In this document: positions 36,845 to 50,144 of the stretch, one piece after another
How the letters are laid out: every line of letters starts with the position of its first letter
Position numbering within the stretch: position 1 is the first letter of the stretch
Assembly (NCBI RefSeq): GCF_963921235.1
Contig: NC_086097.1
Location: 88,166,001-88,230,000 of the forward strand
Origin: Mobula hypostoma
Taxonomy: Eukaryota
DNA length: 64,000 nucleotides
Reading direction: 5' to 3'
Position numbers and translations under genes: made by a program
The notes under the pieces: generated by a model
Database searches by the model: none
Seen by the model: only the letters and a program-made list of their open reading frames with translations
What the model was told of the DNA's origin: nothing

Positions 36845-38150
36845 GAATAGTGCCTGTCAGGACTTTCTGCAGAGCTTGAGATTGTAGGCATCACACTTAA
36901 AAAGCAAACGGCTCCTGTTGGGATTTCATGGAGATCTTGAGATCTTGAGATCATGGGGACAGTTACTTGAGAAGAGTAGAGCAAGATTTAAAAAGTGAGT
37001 GGTGCCTGTTGGGACTTTCCATGGAGCTTGAGATTATTTGGGTTATTAGACACTTGACAAGGGCCAATAAAAAAGAAGTTAGGTTTAAGCGAAGTGGCTA
37101 TTCTGGCTATCTTAGAGTAAAATCTGAGGGTGTTGCTTAAGAGGTGGAGGCTAGATTGAGATTTCTGTCATGTTGCTCTTTCTTTATTATTGACTAACAA
37201 GAGTAGTGAGAATCGATTCTAGGTTAGCGGTGTGTTCCTCATGCAAGATGTGGAAGATCAGGGAAACCTCCAGTTTCCCTGATTGCCACATCTGCTTGAA
37301 GTTCATTTGGTTGCTGCCCCAGTTAGAAAACTGGAGCTGGATAATTGAAAGCTTATTCAGGAGAATGAGGAGGTGATAGATAGGAGCTACAGGGAGGAAG
37401 TCACACCTAAATTGCAAGGAGCAAATAGCTGGGTGACTGTCAGCAGGGGGAAAGGGAATTGGCAAATAGTACAGAGTACCCCTTGTGACTGTTACCCTCT
37501 ACGAATATACCCCTTTGGACACTGTTGGGAAGACTGCAGGGTATAGGTCTCTGATACTGAGTCAGGCTTTCCGGCTCAGAAGGGAAGGGGGAAGAATAGG
37601 AGAGTGGTATTGAAAGGGGATTCAAATGTTAGAGGAACAGACAGGGGATTTTGTGGACATGGAAAAGACTTGTGAGTGGTTTGTTGTCTCCCAGATGCTA
37701 GGGTCAGAGTAATCTCAGATGAGGTCCACTGCATTCTTAAAGGAAAGGGTGAGCAGCCAGAACTCAGGCTATGTATGGTTCCCAACAATATTGGTAGGGA
37801 AAGGGATTGGGTCTTGAAGAGAGATTATAGGGAGCTAGGGAGAAAGTTGAATATCAGGACCTCAAGAGTGATGATGTCTGAGTTGCTGCCTGTGTCATGT
37901 GCAAGGGAGGGTAAGAATGCATGGCTGAAAAATTGGCACAAGGGGTAGGACTTCAGATTTGTGGATAATTAGGATCACTTTTGGGGGCTTAGACAAAAGG
38001 GAGCAGTTCCACCTAAATGTGAGGGGGATCAATATCCTTTTGAGCATGTTTACTAGAGCTGCTGAAGAGGATTCAGACTACGTTGGTAGGGGGTTGGAAA
38101 CTGGAGTAACAGGGCAGAAGATGGAGCAGATGGTGTAAAGGTAGATACAG
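36845..38150 (+). mobile_element. CR1 LINE 5' part: ORF1 zinc finger and SGNH-esterase remnants
   Basis: AVCSSCKMWKIRETSSFPDCHICLKF (~37225) and VCCLPDARVRVISDEVHCILKGKGEQP..NNIGR..YRELGRKL. Confidence 0.75.
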
Positions 38151-38434
38151 CATGTGGATAATCAGTGGATAGGGGATCATAGTCAATATGTCAATATCTC
38201 CTTTTGACCCTAGCCACCATTAATGCCACCTTCATGGATCATGGATCTGTATTGCTAGATCCCTCAGTACCCAACCTTTCACTACCCTTTTTTGTCCTGC
38301 CTAAGTGCAACAGCTCATTTTCTTTTGCCATTTTTAGCTCTTTTCCCCAGCTAGTGCAGATTTCTCTCTCCACAGATGCTACCTAAATTGCTGAGTGTTT
38401 CCAGCATTCCTTATTTTTGTTTCAGAGATCAGTA

Positions 38435-38612
38435 CAGTGGATTCTGGTTAATTAGGCTATCAATTAATTGGGGCAGCCACTTATTTGGGTCAACTTTGAA
38501 AGAACAAAAGCAAATCAAGAAAATAGCCGAGATTCCCTTTGTTCCATACTATGCTGCTGAAATGGGATGTGAGGCTGTTGCTGAACAGTTTCTAACTAGG
38601 GTCAGTCACAGG
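38435..38612. mobile_element. One end of a Tigger-like element (same family as 5561-6927)
   Basis: TA|cagtggattctggttaatt; approximately the reverse complement of 6720-6927. Confidence 0.55.
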
Positions 38613-38619
38613 CACAAAA

Positions 38620-39447
38620 ATGTGGCAATTGGGCTGAGAAGTGGCAGATGGACTACAACCCAGGTAAGTGTGAAGTGGTTAATTTTGGTAGGTCAAATTT
38701 GAAGACAGAATATAATATTAATGGTAAGACTCTTGGCAGTGTGGAGGATCAGAGGGATCTTGGGGTCCGAGTCCATAGGACACTCAAAGCTGCTGCGCAG
38801 GTCGACAGTGTTGTTAAGAAGGCATACGGTGCATTGACCTTCATCAACTGTGGGACTGAGGTTAAGAGCTGATAGGTAATGTTACAGCTATATAGGACCC
38901 TGGTCAGACCCCACTTGGAGTACTGTGCTCCGTTCTGGTCACCTCCCTATAGGAAGGATGTGGAAACTATAGAATGTGTATGGAGGAGATTTACAAGGAT
39001 GTTGCCTGGATTGGGGAGCATGCCTTATGAGAATAGGTTGAGTGAACTCGGCCTTTTCTCCTTGGAGTGACGGAGGATGAGAGGTGACCTGATAGAGGTG
39101 TACAAGATAATGAGAGGCATTGATGGTGTGGATAGACAGAGGCTTTTCCCCAAGGCTGAAATGGCTAGTGCAAGAGGGCACAGTTTTAAGGTGCTTGCAA
39201 GTAGGTACAGAGGAGATGTCAGGGGTAAGTTTTTTACACAGAGAGTGGTGAGTGCGTGGAATGGGCTGCCGGTGACAGTGGTGGAGGCGGATACGATAGG
39301 ATCTTTTAAGAGACTCCTGGATAGGTACCTGGAGCTTAGAAAAATAGAGGGCTATGGTTAATCCTAGGTAATTTCTAGAGTAAGTACATGTTCGGCACAG
39401 CATTGTGGGCTGAAGGGCCTGTATTGTGCTGTAGGTTTTCTATGTTT
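38620..39447 (+). mobile_element. CR1 3' end, relatively well preserved
   Basis: YRTLVRPHLEYCAPFWSP, RGDLIEVYKIMRG and FFTQRVVSAWNGLP, plus 3'UTR. Confidence 0.9.
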
Positions 39448-40169
39448 CGAACTAGAGATGAGCAAAGATCTTTGTGGCTTTTGAGTTCTGGTTTAATTGA
39501 TGAGTTGGGTATCACCAATATAAGAAGACACAATGCATGTGAATCAGGAGACAAAGTGGTTTATTTGCGAGACTGAATACTTAAAAGATTGACTCTTCAA
39601 GATTTTCTACAGCCTGTTTCAGTTAGTTATTCTTACAAAGCAGGAATACCAAATGACTGTGACTCTGCTGTCCAATGGGATCACAGTCTATCAATAAAGT
39701 ATATGTCCGTCCATATAGATATGCCAGAGGGGAAAATAGGATTTTGTGCTGCTGACAGTGAAGGGATTGGTGCCAGATATAGTAATAAAGTTGCTGTTGG
39801 TGAGGGGGAAGAGAACACATTGTAAACATAGCATTTTTCCTCTGAGGCAAGTTGCTTGCTACTATCATAATGGGAGATTTGCAGTCATCACAAGCACCTT
39901 CTAAAATGGTAACCCTGTGAACACTGCTTCTGAAGAAAGACTAGTATTTTGAAACAATGCAAATTTTCCTCCTTCAGTCTGCCTCTGAACTGTTGGTGTT
40001 TTTTTAACATTTGATATCACATTGAGAGCACAGAGCAAATACAAGGCTTTCTAACCCTGTCTTTGCATTGCTTTTCATCTTGCACAACTGACAGATTTCT
40101 CTATTTCTACTCGCATTGATACATAACAAATATGCATTTCTAAATTTGCTTTAACTATACCTTTAGGTA

Positions 40170-40822
40170 GAAGAGAGTGGGACAGAGTGAGGAATTTCAA
40201 ATTCCTGGGTGTCAAGATCTCTGAGGATCTAACCTGGACCCAACATATCGATGCAGCCATAAAGAAAGCAAGACAGCAGCTATATTTCTGTAGTTTTAGG
40301 AGATTTGTTTTGTTACCTAAAACACTGAAACTTCTACAGGTGTACTGAGGTGAGCATTCTGACAGGCTCTCTCACTGTCTGGTGTGGGCATGGGGGAGGG
40401 CTGCTGCACAGGATCGAAAGGAGCTCCATCTTGGGTACTGGCCTCTGTAGTATCCCAAGACATCTTCAAGGAGTGGTGCTCAGAAAGGCAGTGTCCATCA
40501 TTAAGGACCCCTATCACCCAGGACATGCCCTCCTCTCATAGTTACTGTCAGGAAAGAGGTACAGAAGCCTGAAGGCACCCACTCAGCGATACAGGAATAG
40601 CTTCCTCCCCTCTGCCCTCCGATTCCTAAATGGACATTGAACCCATGAACACTACCTCACTTTTTTATAGTATTTCTATATTTGCACTATCTTTAATTTA
40701 ACTATTTAATTTACATGTATATACTTATTACTTATTTTACTGTCTCATCATGTATTGCATTGTACTGCTGCCACTGTTAAAAAAAATTCAGGACATATGC
40801 CAGTGATATTAAACCTGGTTCT
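40170..40822 (+). mobile_element. Rex1/Babar-type LINE 3' fragment
   Basis: FKFLGVKISEDLTW and SIIKDPYHPGHAL; tail gatattaaacctggttc. Confidence 0.75.
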
Positions 40823-41004
40823 TATACTGATTCCATTTGTAACTTCTGTTTGGAAAAACAATTTTCTGTTGATTTACCTACTGACAATTTTATATTCTCT
40901 AGTTCTGAACACTCCAAGTTTCTGTTTATCCTAACAAAGCCTATAAAACAAAGACCTCTTACTATGTCACCCTTAATCTGTTGAGACATAAATCTTGCCT
41001 TCAC

Positions 41005-42435
41005 TACTAAGCTGGTGAGAAGGGCTCTGGGGAAACTCAAACATGGCAAAGTGTTGGGACCAGGCGGTGTGAACCCCAAGACCCTGAAGGAGTGTGCTGA
41101 GTAGCTGTGTGTTCTCCAGCACATTTTCAATTTGAGTCTCAGCCTGGAAGAGGCCCCGGCTCTGTGGAAAACATCATGTGTGGTCCCAGTATCCAAGAAG
41201 GGCCAACCAAAAGTCTTAAATGACTACTGTTCTATGGCCCTAACCTCACACATCATAAAGACCCTAGCGAGGCTGGTCCTGACTCACCTTCAACCCCTGG
41301 TCAGATCAGCTCTCCATCCCCTGCAAATTGCCTACCAAGAGCACACTGGAGTCAATGATGCTGTCATCTACCTGCTGAACAGAGCCTACTCCCATTTGGA
41401 TAAGCAGGGCAGCACTGTGAGGATCATGTTTTTTGATTTCTCCAGTGTTTTCAATACCACACAGCCCTCAAAGCTCCATTCACTGCAGGTTGGCACTTCA
41501 TTTGTATCCTGGATAATGGATTACCTGACTGGCAGACCACAGTATGTGTGGCTTCAGAGCTGGGTGTTAGACACGGCTATAAGCAGCACTAGGGCTCCCA
41601 CAGGGACTGTATTGGTTCCCTTACTGTTTACTCTGTATACCTCAGACTTTAGATACAACACTGAGTCATGTCATCTGCAGAAATTCTCTGATGATTCAGC
41701 AATGGTTAGGTGTATAAAGGGAGGACAGGGGGATGAATACAGGACCCTGGTGGAGGACTTTGTCAAATGAAGCAAGTTGAATCATCTGCAGCTCAACATC
41801 AGTAAGACAACGGAGGACAAGTGATGAACTTTAGGAAGACTAAGCCTGCACTGCTCCCTGTTACTATTGATAGTGAGGACGTGGATGTGGTGAGGACCTA
41901 CAAGTACCTGGGGGTGCACCTGGATGACAGACTTGAGTGGAGCACCAACACAGAGGCTGTGTACAAGAAGGGCCAGAGTTGCCTCTACTTCCTGAGGAGA
42001 TTGAGGTCCTTTAGAGTATGCAGGCTTCTCCTTCACATGTTCCACCAGTCTGTTGTCTCCAGTACAATCTTCTACGTGGTGTTGCGCTGGGGGAATGGCA
42101 TCAACACTAGTGACGTCAACAGGCTCAGTAAACTGGTTAGAAAGGATGGCTCTGTTGTAGGAATCAAACTGGACACACTGGAAGTTGTGGTAGAACAAAG
42201 GACCCTCCGGAAAATCCTGGCAATTCTGGACAGTGCTTCTCGCCCTCTGCATGCCACCTTGGCTGAACAGAGGAGCACTTTTAGTAATAGACTAAGACAA
42301 CTGTGCTGCTCCAAAGAGCGCTATATGAGGTCATTCTTACCCTCGGCCATTAGGCTCTATAATGAGCCAACTTATAGCCAGGGAAGTGGTGACCCCTTCC
42401 TGTCAGACTGTTTGAGCTAACTTATTTTTTATTCT
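41005..42435 (+). mobile_element. Rex1 LINE reverse transcriptase, 5'-truncated and pseudogenised
   Basis: WKTSCVVPVSKK..VRIMFFDFSSVFNT..GTVLVPLLFTLYTSDFRYNTESCHLQKFSDDS (41132-41770) and YKYLGVHLDDRLEW..SFLPSAIRLYN (41821-42420). Confidence 0.9.
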
Positions 42436-42898
42436 TTCTATTAGTAGCTATCTATTTATTTATCTATCATAAGTTTTACAAATCTCTTAATTAACACAAA
42501 ATCTGTATCACAATTCTTGAACAGCATTCCAAAACTTGCACTTTCTTTACTAAGATTGGTGCCCAACTTGTTCATAATACTCCAGCTGAGGCTAAGCCAT
42601 TGTCTCATGCAGGTTTTGGTATAACTCCCTGATTCTTGCACTATATTTAGAAAACTTCTGGTACTTTATCAACTGAAGAGCAAAATAAAATTGCAGATGC
42701 TAGAAACCTGACATTAAATTAAAAAATGCTGGAAGCACTTAGTAGGTGGGGTGAAGTGCAGCCAGAACTAATCAGCTTCTCACTAATCAAACTCCTGGCA
42801 CTTGAAAGGAAGATTAATGGACATACACTGTCAAACTGAAAACATCTGCAGAAAAGTTGCAGGTTTGTCCATAAGTGCTGCCAACCTTGTTTTTCATA

Positions 42899-43327
42899 CA
42901 GGCAGATCCAGGTTATGACAGGGTTCCATTCCTGAGAACTGTTCTTAATGTAAGCTGTTTGTAGATTGGAAATGAACAGAAACAGTGCGTGGGAGAGGAT
43001 CACAGAGCTGTGATGGTAGGATGAGAAACTGCGGGAGGAGTGGCCACTGGTCGGCCTCACTGACTCCGTGATGGAATGAGTCTGCTCAGTGGATCCAGCT
43101 CTTCCTGGCTTGACCCAGCCCCCAATTCTTGCTCCTTGAGAGAGGGGTGGGGTAGGAGGGTTGAGGACTGTAGGTACATGGAAATGCCCTGCTCCCACCC
43201 AGCAGTAGATGGTTGCAGCCCTGACCAGCTGGTTAATCCATCTGCATCTATCTACTAGTCTTCCAAATACTTGTGTGTATGCATGGGATGTTTGTAGATT
43301 TGGGGTTCCAAATCCAGGGAGGACCTG
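42899..43327. mobile_element. Possible Tigger-like MITE
   Basis: TA|caggcagatccaggtta at the left and ccagggaggacctg at the right; imperfect terminal repeats. Confidence 0.35.
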
Positions 43328-44099
43328 TGCTTGGATGTTGACAATGAGAGTCTTCGTCTGTCATTCAGATCCCAGTGTTATGATTGGTTAGAACCAAGAA
43401 TTTTGTGAATTTTGACTCTCCTCTTATGTCTGTCCCTGCTACTGAAAAGCCAAGGGGAAATAATCCACTGAATGGGATTTTAATCAAAGCATTCCTCGTT
43501 TAAACAGTATTTTTTAGCTACCAGGTGGGATGGATTTGTGAGGACCTTGCTCTGATGATGAGTTTCAGAACTAGCATAGGAATTTCCGGAGAAGAAATAG
43601 GCTCTTCAAGATTGAGACAAGAAAGTGCCTCTTCTGATGTTTGCTGCAGAATGCTGTACATTCTGCCATTTGGTATGTTCAAGGTCCAGAGAGAGACTTT
43701 CTTTTGGACAAATATAATGTGGACCAGATGGAGAAATGTACTTGAGTCCAAGACTCTGGCACTGTAATCCTGCTCAATAGTAGAGGAGGCTTCAAGGTTC
43801 ATTATGGCTCATTCCTGGTACTTTTTGTCTTCATCTTCCAAAGGTGGTCCGTTAGAATGTGTAGCAATACACATTTCTTTACTTAGGTGGATGATTTTTT
43901 TTTTAAATGAGTAAAGTATTTTCTCTTGTTATGTCAATGCTTCTGAAAGCAATATATCGTACATGTACATTTAAAGTTTGTGCATTCTTCTTTTGAAAAG
44001 AACATGTCTTGTTGGTAGTGAGTCATAATTTGAATTAGAAAATAAGCTAGAGGCACCATTGCATGATGGGAATCATTTGAAAAGAACAAATTGCATTGG

Positions 44100-46630
44100 A
44101 AGTGAGTTTTATATAAGCCAATAAAAAGAAGGGAGATGCCAGCGGGGTGGCCATTGTTGGAGTGGGCCAAGGTTAGAGTGGGAGGCTTTGGTTCAACAGT
44201 CTTGAGCGAGAACAGGCTTGGACAAGCACAGGTTCTAAGTAAGTTTCCAGTTAATTTTTAAATTTTTTTTTAACATAGCTAATGCACTGAGAATGGGTCC
44301 AGGGTTTGAGGTATATTCTTTGTGTGAGAGGTGGGAACTCGGGGAGACTGGTAGTCTCCCTGGTTGCACTTCATGCAGATGTAGCTTCGAGCTGCAACTT
44401 ACTAATTTGGCAGAGGGATGGAAACCATAGGGCTGAGGATGGCGCATTTGGTATACAAGTGATGCAGTATGTAGTGAGACTGAGGAAGGATAGACAGATG
44501 AGAGAGCAAAATTGCAGCCAGTGGGATGAGTTGAAGTGTAACATCGGGGCAAAAACAAAAAGGGTGATGAATACAGGACTAAAGGTGTTACATTTAAATG
44601 TACATAGTACAGTACATGGATTAAGTTAAATGATCTTGTTATGTAGTTAGAGATTGGATGGTATGGCATTGTGGACATCCTGGAGTCATAGCTGAAAGAA
44701 GATTATAGTTGGGAGCTTAACATCCAAGGGCACACATCGTATTGAAAGGATAGGGAAGCAGGCAGAGGGGGTGGGATAGCTCTGGTTTTTAAAAAAGTGA
44801 CATCAAATCCCTAGAAAGAGGTGACATAGGATTGAAAGATATAGACTCCTTATGGGTAGAGTTCAGAAACTACAAGTGTTTTTTTTTAAAAAAAGCAACT
44901 TGATGGGGATTATATACAGGCCTCTAAACAATAGCTAGGAAATTACAATGGAAGGTGGGAGGTACAAAAGGCATGTGAAAAGGGCAATGTTATGATAGAC
45001 CTGGGGGATTTCAACATGCTACCAGATAGGGAAAATCAGGTTGATGCTGGATCCTAAGAAAGGGAGTTTGTAGGTTGCCTATAAACTGCCTTTGTAGTGC
45101 AGTTTGTGGTTGAGCCCACTAGGGAAAAAGCAATTCTGGATTGGGTGCTGTGTAATGAACCAGATTTGATTAAGGAGTTTAAGGTAAAGGAACATTTCAG
45201 AGGCAGTGATCATAATATGATAAAATTCACCCTGCGGTTTTAGAGGGAGAAGATAAAATCAGGCATATCAGTATTACAGTGGAGTAAAGGGAAACGGTGG
45301 ACAAATTTATTAAGTTTTGTGTTGGTGTTTACTGTGGGATACACTAGCAGTATACCAGAAATTTGAAAGCTGGGCAGAAATAAGTGTAGTTGCTACCAAT
45401 CAGGTGGCGCCTGGGAAGTTGAAAGTCAATGTGGTTTCCTTAAGGGGAAATCTTGCCTGACAAATTTGTTGGAATTCTTTGAGGAAATAACAGGCAGAAT
45501 AGACAAAGGAAAGTCAGTGTACGTTGTTTTCTTAGATTTCCAGAAGGCCCTTGACAAGTTGCTACATATGAGGCTGCTAAACAAGATAAGAGCTTATGGT
45601 ATTACAGAAAAGGTACTAGCATGGATAGAAGATTGGCTGACTGGCAAGAGGCAAAGAGTGGGAATAAACCTTTTCTGGTTGGCTGCTGGTAGAGGTGTTA
45701 CACAAACTTTGTTGCTGGGACCACTTCTTTTCACTTTGTATGTCAGTGATTTGTATGACGGGTTTGAGGGTTTTGTGGTGGAGGGTGAAGGGAGTCTGCA
45801 GAAGGACCTAGACAGATTGGGAGAATGGGTAAAGTGGCAGATGGAATATAGTGTTGAGAAGTGTATGATTGTTCACTTTGGTAGCAGGAAAAAGATGTAG
45901 AATATTTTCTGATCAGGGAGAAAATACAAAAATCAGAAATGCAGTATCTTGGGAATCCATTCTCTAATGGTTAATCACAGGTTGAAGCAGTGGTGAGGAA
46001 TGCAAATGCAATGTTAGTATTCCTTTTGAGAGGAGTAGAATATAAGAGTAACACTGTAATGCTGTGGCATTATAAGGCACTGGTGAGGTCTCACTTGAAG
46101 AATTGTGAGCAGTTTTGGGTGCCTTGTATAAGAAAGGATGTGCTGACATTTTAGAGACTCCAGAGGAAGTTCACAAGAATGATTCAGGGATGAAAGGGTT
46201 AGCACATGAGCATTTGATGGCTCTAGGCCTATACCTGCTGGAGTTTAGAAGAATTAAGGTCATTTAAATCTATTGAATTCTGAAAGGCAAAGATTAAGTG
46301 GATGTGGAGATGATGTTTCACGACCAGAGGACACAGCTTCCGCATTGGGGGATGTCCACTTAGAATGGAGTTGAGGAGGAATTTCTTTAGCCAGAGGGCA
46401 GTGAATCTCTGTTACTCATTGCCACATATAGCTGTCGAGGCCAAGTCATTGGGATATTTAAAGTGGAAGTTGATAGGTTCTTGATTAGTCAGGGTGCATC
46501 AGAGATTACATGGAGAATGTAGAAGAGTAGGGTTGAGAGTAGGGTTTATATTATATCAGCCATAATGAAATGGTGGAGCAGACTCAATGGGCTGAGTGGC
46601 CTAATTTTGCTATTATTTCTCTTGGTCTCA
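44100..46630 (+). mobile_element. Decayed CR1 LINE spanning the 5' region, endonuclease, RT and 3'UTR, with deletions
   Basis: LKVLHLNVHS (endonuclease start), GDFN, GSDHNMI and LEFFEEITGRIDKGKSVYVVFLDFQKALDK; 3' tail actcaatgggctgagtggcctaatt. Confidence 0.85.
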
Positions 46631-46679
46631 GTGATTGTCTTACATTGTTTTCTGTTAGCTGCTGCGTCTTCTTAGGCAG

Positions 46680-46870
46680 AGCCTTGGGATTCACTTCTAC
46701 TTTGGTTTTGCAGGTGCTGAAGTGGCTAATGAGGCCTTTTTGGGAGTGCAGACCCTTACGCTGATCTTGCACTGAGTGATCAAGTCAGATGAAGTGGTGT
46801 GCTCTTTCACTCTCGTATAAGACGTCTGTGTATCCTGATGTTGCATGACCTTAAGATTCCCAATATCATC
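46680..46870 (-). mobile_element. RTE-clade LINE 3' end remnant
   Basis: GLISHFSTCK resembles the RTE C-terminal GLISHLRTH motif. Confidence 0.4.
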
Positions 46871-48324
46871 CCAGATGATGTCAATATCTGACAAAGCTTT
46901 CGCAGCAAAACTCAAATCAGCTAAGCTAATATTTATCCTTTTGGGTAAAGTATAAGCGTCAGAAATCTTGATAAAGATTAAAAATGTTTCAAGAAAGGAA
47001 CCATTGCCATGAGTTTATAGCAATTATAATTTGACATGTTTTAAAGTAATCTGCTTTTTTTTTTGCAACTTTTGCAGATGCCTCCCATTCTTTCTTCCGA
47101 GTCTTCAAGGATTAATTTTTTTTAGATAGGTTTGCTCTTTATGAAGTGCTGAATGCAAAGGATGATAATGAAAGATGCAGTGATCTTCAAGTACTGCGGA
47201 GTAACAATCAAATGATGGATGAAAGTTGTTAAAATGCAACACACTAAAATTATGAAAACAATAAAGAAGGCAGTGAGTGTGTGATGCTGCAGGTTGGAAA
47301 GATAAATTTAGATTAAGATTAAAACAGAAATAGAAATATTTTGGGTGGCTATGTGTGGTCAGTTTGGCTCAGTTGGCAATACGTGCCTCTATGTTGGGAA
47401 GTTACGCCAACAAGCTTTGCTGCAGTAATCCAGTTTCACTTTTCACTGCAGCACAATGCTGCATTTTCAGTGTTGTGGAACTGGATGCTATTCTGTAATA
47501 ATTAAAGTATGCTGAAGTGGATTTGTGTGAGGAATACTTGTCAGTTTCTACCAGATTATCCTCATGTTGACTGAATGCTATGTTTCAAATGTGGTATGTG
47601 TCTTTGGTCTTTGTCTGTGTGCTTGCCTAATACAGGTATTACATCCTTAATGTGAATGTTACTATCTGGTCTCCCACTGCAGTGGGAGCTCTCAAAAGAA
47701 CATGTACTTTAGGAACAAATACTTCAAGTCAAAGGCCTAATGTGTGGCATATTTTTCTTTGGTTGATGGAAACAGGTGCAATGCATCTCTGAGTGATGTG
47801 ATATCTAGGTCACCGAGGGTAGGATTTATTGTCATTGTTGGGAGAGGGGAGGAGACAATCTATCTCCATCGACAAAGAATGCAGTTTTCCCTTACAGTAG
47901 CCTTGAGAAAGCTGGTTTCAACTTCCCACAGCAGGGACTTGATAAATTACAAGCCCTTTAATTTATGTTGGGGCAGATATGTTGCAGGGTACATAAGCCA
48001 AGCATTTGCAATAGAATATTTCTGTAGTGAATTCAGTCATGCATTGCTTACTAATTGATGTCACTGCTGAGCACACAGAAGCTTTTTTTTAATTTGGGGG
48101 ATGTGGGTGTGACAGGCTGAGCTAACATTTCATTGCCCTTGAAAAGGTGATGGTGATCTGCTGCAGTTGTGAATGTGAAGGTATATATATAATACTGATA
48201 AGGAGAGAGTACCAGGATTTTGCTCCAATGATGGTCATTATGCATTGCAACTGTTCAGCAATCTTCCACAGTTTGCGTGGTGTTGTTGCTGACAATGCAA
48301 ATAGAATCCTAAATGCCTGAGAAA

Positions 48325-48965
48325 TTCTACGTTCCTGGGTGTCTGAGAATCTATCCTGAGCCTAACATATTGACGCAATTACCGAGAAGGCACGACAGCT
48401 GCTATATTTCATTAGGAGCTTCAGGAGAATTAATATGTCACCAAAAACACTCTCAAATTTCTACAGATATACTTTGGAGAGCATTCTAACTTGCTGCACC
48501 ATCATCTGGTATGGACGGGCCGCTGCACAGGATTGAAAAAAGCTGCAGAAAGTTGTAAACTTGGCCAGCTCCTTCATGGGTACTATCCTCCCCTATATTG
48601 AGGCCATCCTCAAAAAACAATGCTTCAAAAAAGGTGGCATCAATCATTAAGGACCCCCATTACCCAGGACATGCCCTCTTCTCATTGGTACCATCAAGGA
48701 GGAGGTACGGTAGACTGAAGACACACACTCAATGATTCAGAAACAGCTTCTTCCCCTCCACCATCAGATTTCTGAAGGGACAATGAACCCACGAACACTT
48801 CCTCAGTATTTTCATCCCTCTCTTTTTGCACTCTTTATTTAATTTACATTTTTATATATGCTTATTGTAATTTATATTTTTTATTATGTATTGCAGTGTA
48901 CTGCTGCCACAAACATGAAATTTCACAATGTATGTCAGTGATATTAAACCTGCTTCTGATTCTGC
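48325..48965 (+). mobile_element. Rex1/Babar-type LINE 3' fragment
   Basis: gagagcattctaacttgctgc..aaggacccccattacccaggacatgccctcttc..; same family as 40170-40822. Confidence 0.75.
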
Positions 48966-50144
48966 CTTTGAAAATTTTCAAGGCGGTGGTATATAGACTA
49001 ATGATAAGTAAGGCTGTGAAAGGATTCTGAGGGCAGACAGAAACGTAGAGTTGAGTTTTCAATCCGACCATCAACATTCTGTTGAATGGTGAATCGGTCT
49101 CAAGGAGCCAAGTGGCCTACTCCTGGTTCTAATTTGTGTACACATCAAACAGATATTCTCTATCTCTTCATTACAATATGATCTTTAAAATCTTTGAATT
49201 GCGCGAATATACTTGCAGCTAATTTATAATTTTAATGAATCATTAATCTCTCAATGGAGCTTTTATTACTTTGATACATTTGGACCCACAGGGGAATCAG
49301 CAGGTGGCAGATGGTGGATTTACTGAGTCGGAAAGGAGATGAAGAAGCCCTACAATAACATTAAGAATATCCTTGCTACACTTTGTCTGAGGAACATTTA
49401 GGTTTCCCCTCCAGAATCGTTCCTCATTTATCTGCCTTGCATTTCCTGTCACAGCCAGATTGTTATTTTAGATAATATTTCTTGAAAATAATTTTAAATG
49501 GGATGATATTTGCACTACGAGGCAATAAATGAAAAATAAAAGATCAAGAATAGGAAAGGGAATCAAACAGCACAGGAGGACATTTGCACCATCTGGTTCC
49601 TTGACATAATGATCCAACTGTCTGACTCTAGAGCTGCTTTGGACAAGTTTAAGATCATTATTCTCAACCCAGTCAAGATATTGAGCCCATCTTCTAGGCT
49701 AGTGCTCAGGGAATGCATGTAACAACTTTCTGATGACGTGTTAATCCGAGAGCCCATGTATTTGTTTGAGTGGGCACCAGCATTTCCTTTCTGTTACACT
49801 GTTTCAATCAGCATAATTAGCAGATCATCTGTTTGTTATCACTTTGCTCCTTTTGTCATCTTTTTCTGCAGAGAATGGCTGTGGCTTATTCCACACTGTG
49901 ACGGCAACCACATTTCACTGCTTGCAGGTGATTTTGGATATCCTGAGTCTGTGAAATATTGGTTTGTTATTCTCTTTTCATCATTCATGTCATTACACCT
50001 TCCTCTTGAAATGTTTGCTATTTTGGAAGCTTCTTGATAGTGCAGATTTCATCTTTGCAGTGTTTACAGCTGGAGGAATATGTGAAGCAATCATTATTTT
50101 CACATCAATCTCGGTAAATATGTGTCTCAGCACTCAAAGCACAG

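Noticed and set aside
43518..43802. Possible exon (acceptor-like ttttag at ~43517; ORFs on both strands)
   Set aside because: No match to the expected rgs6 DEP-domain exon; more likely an old LINE remnant that I cannot classify.
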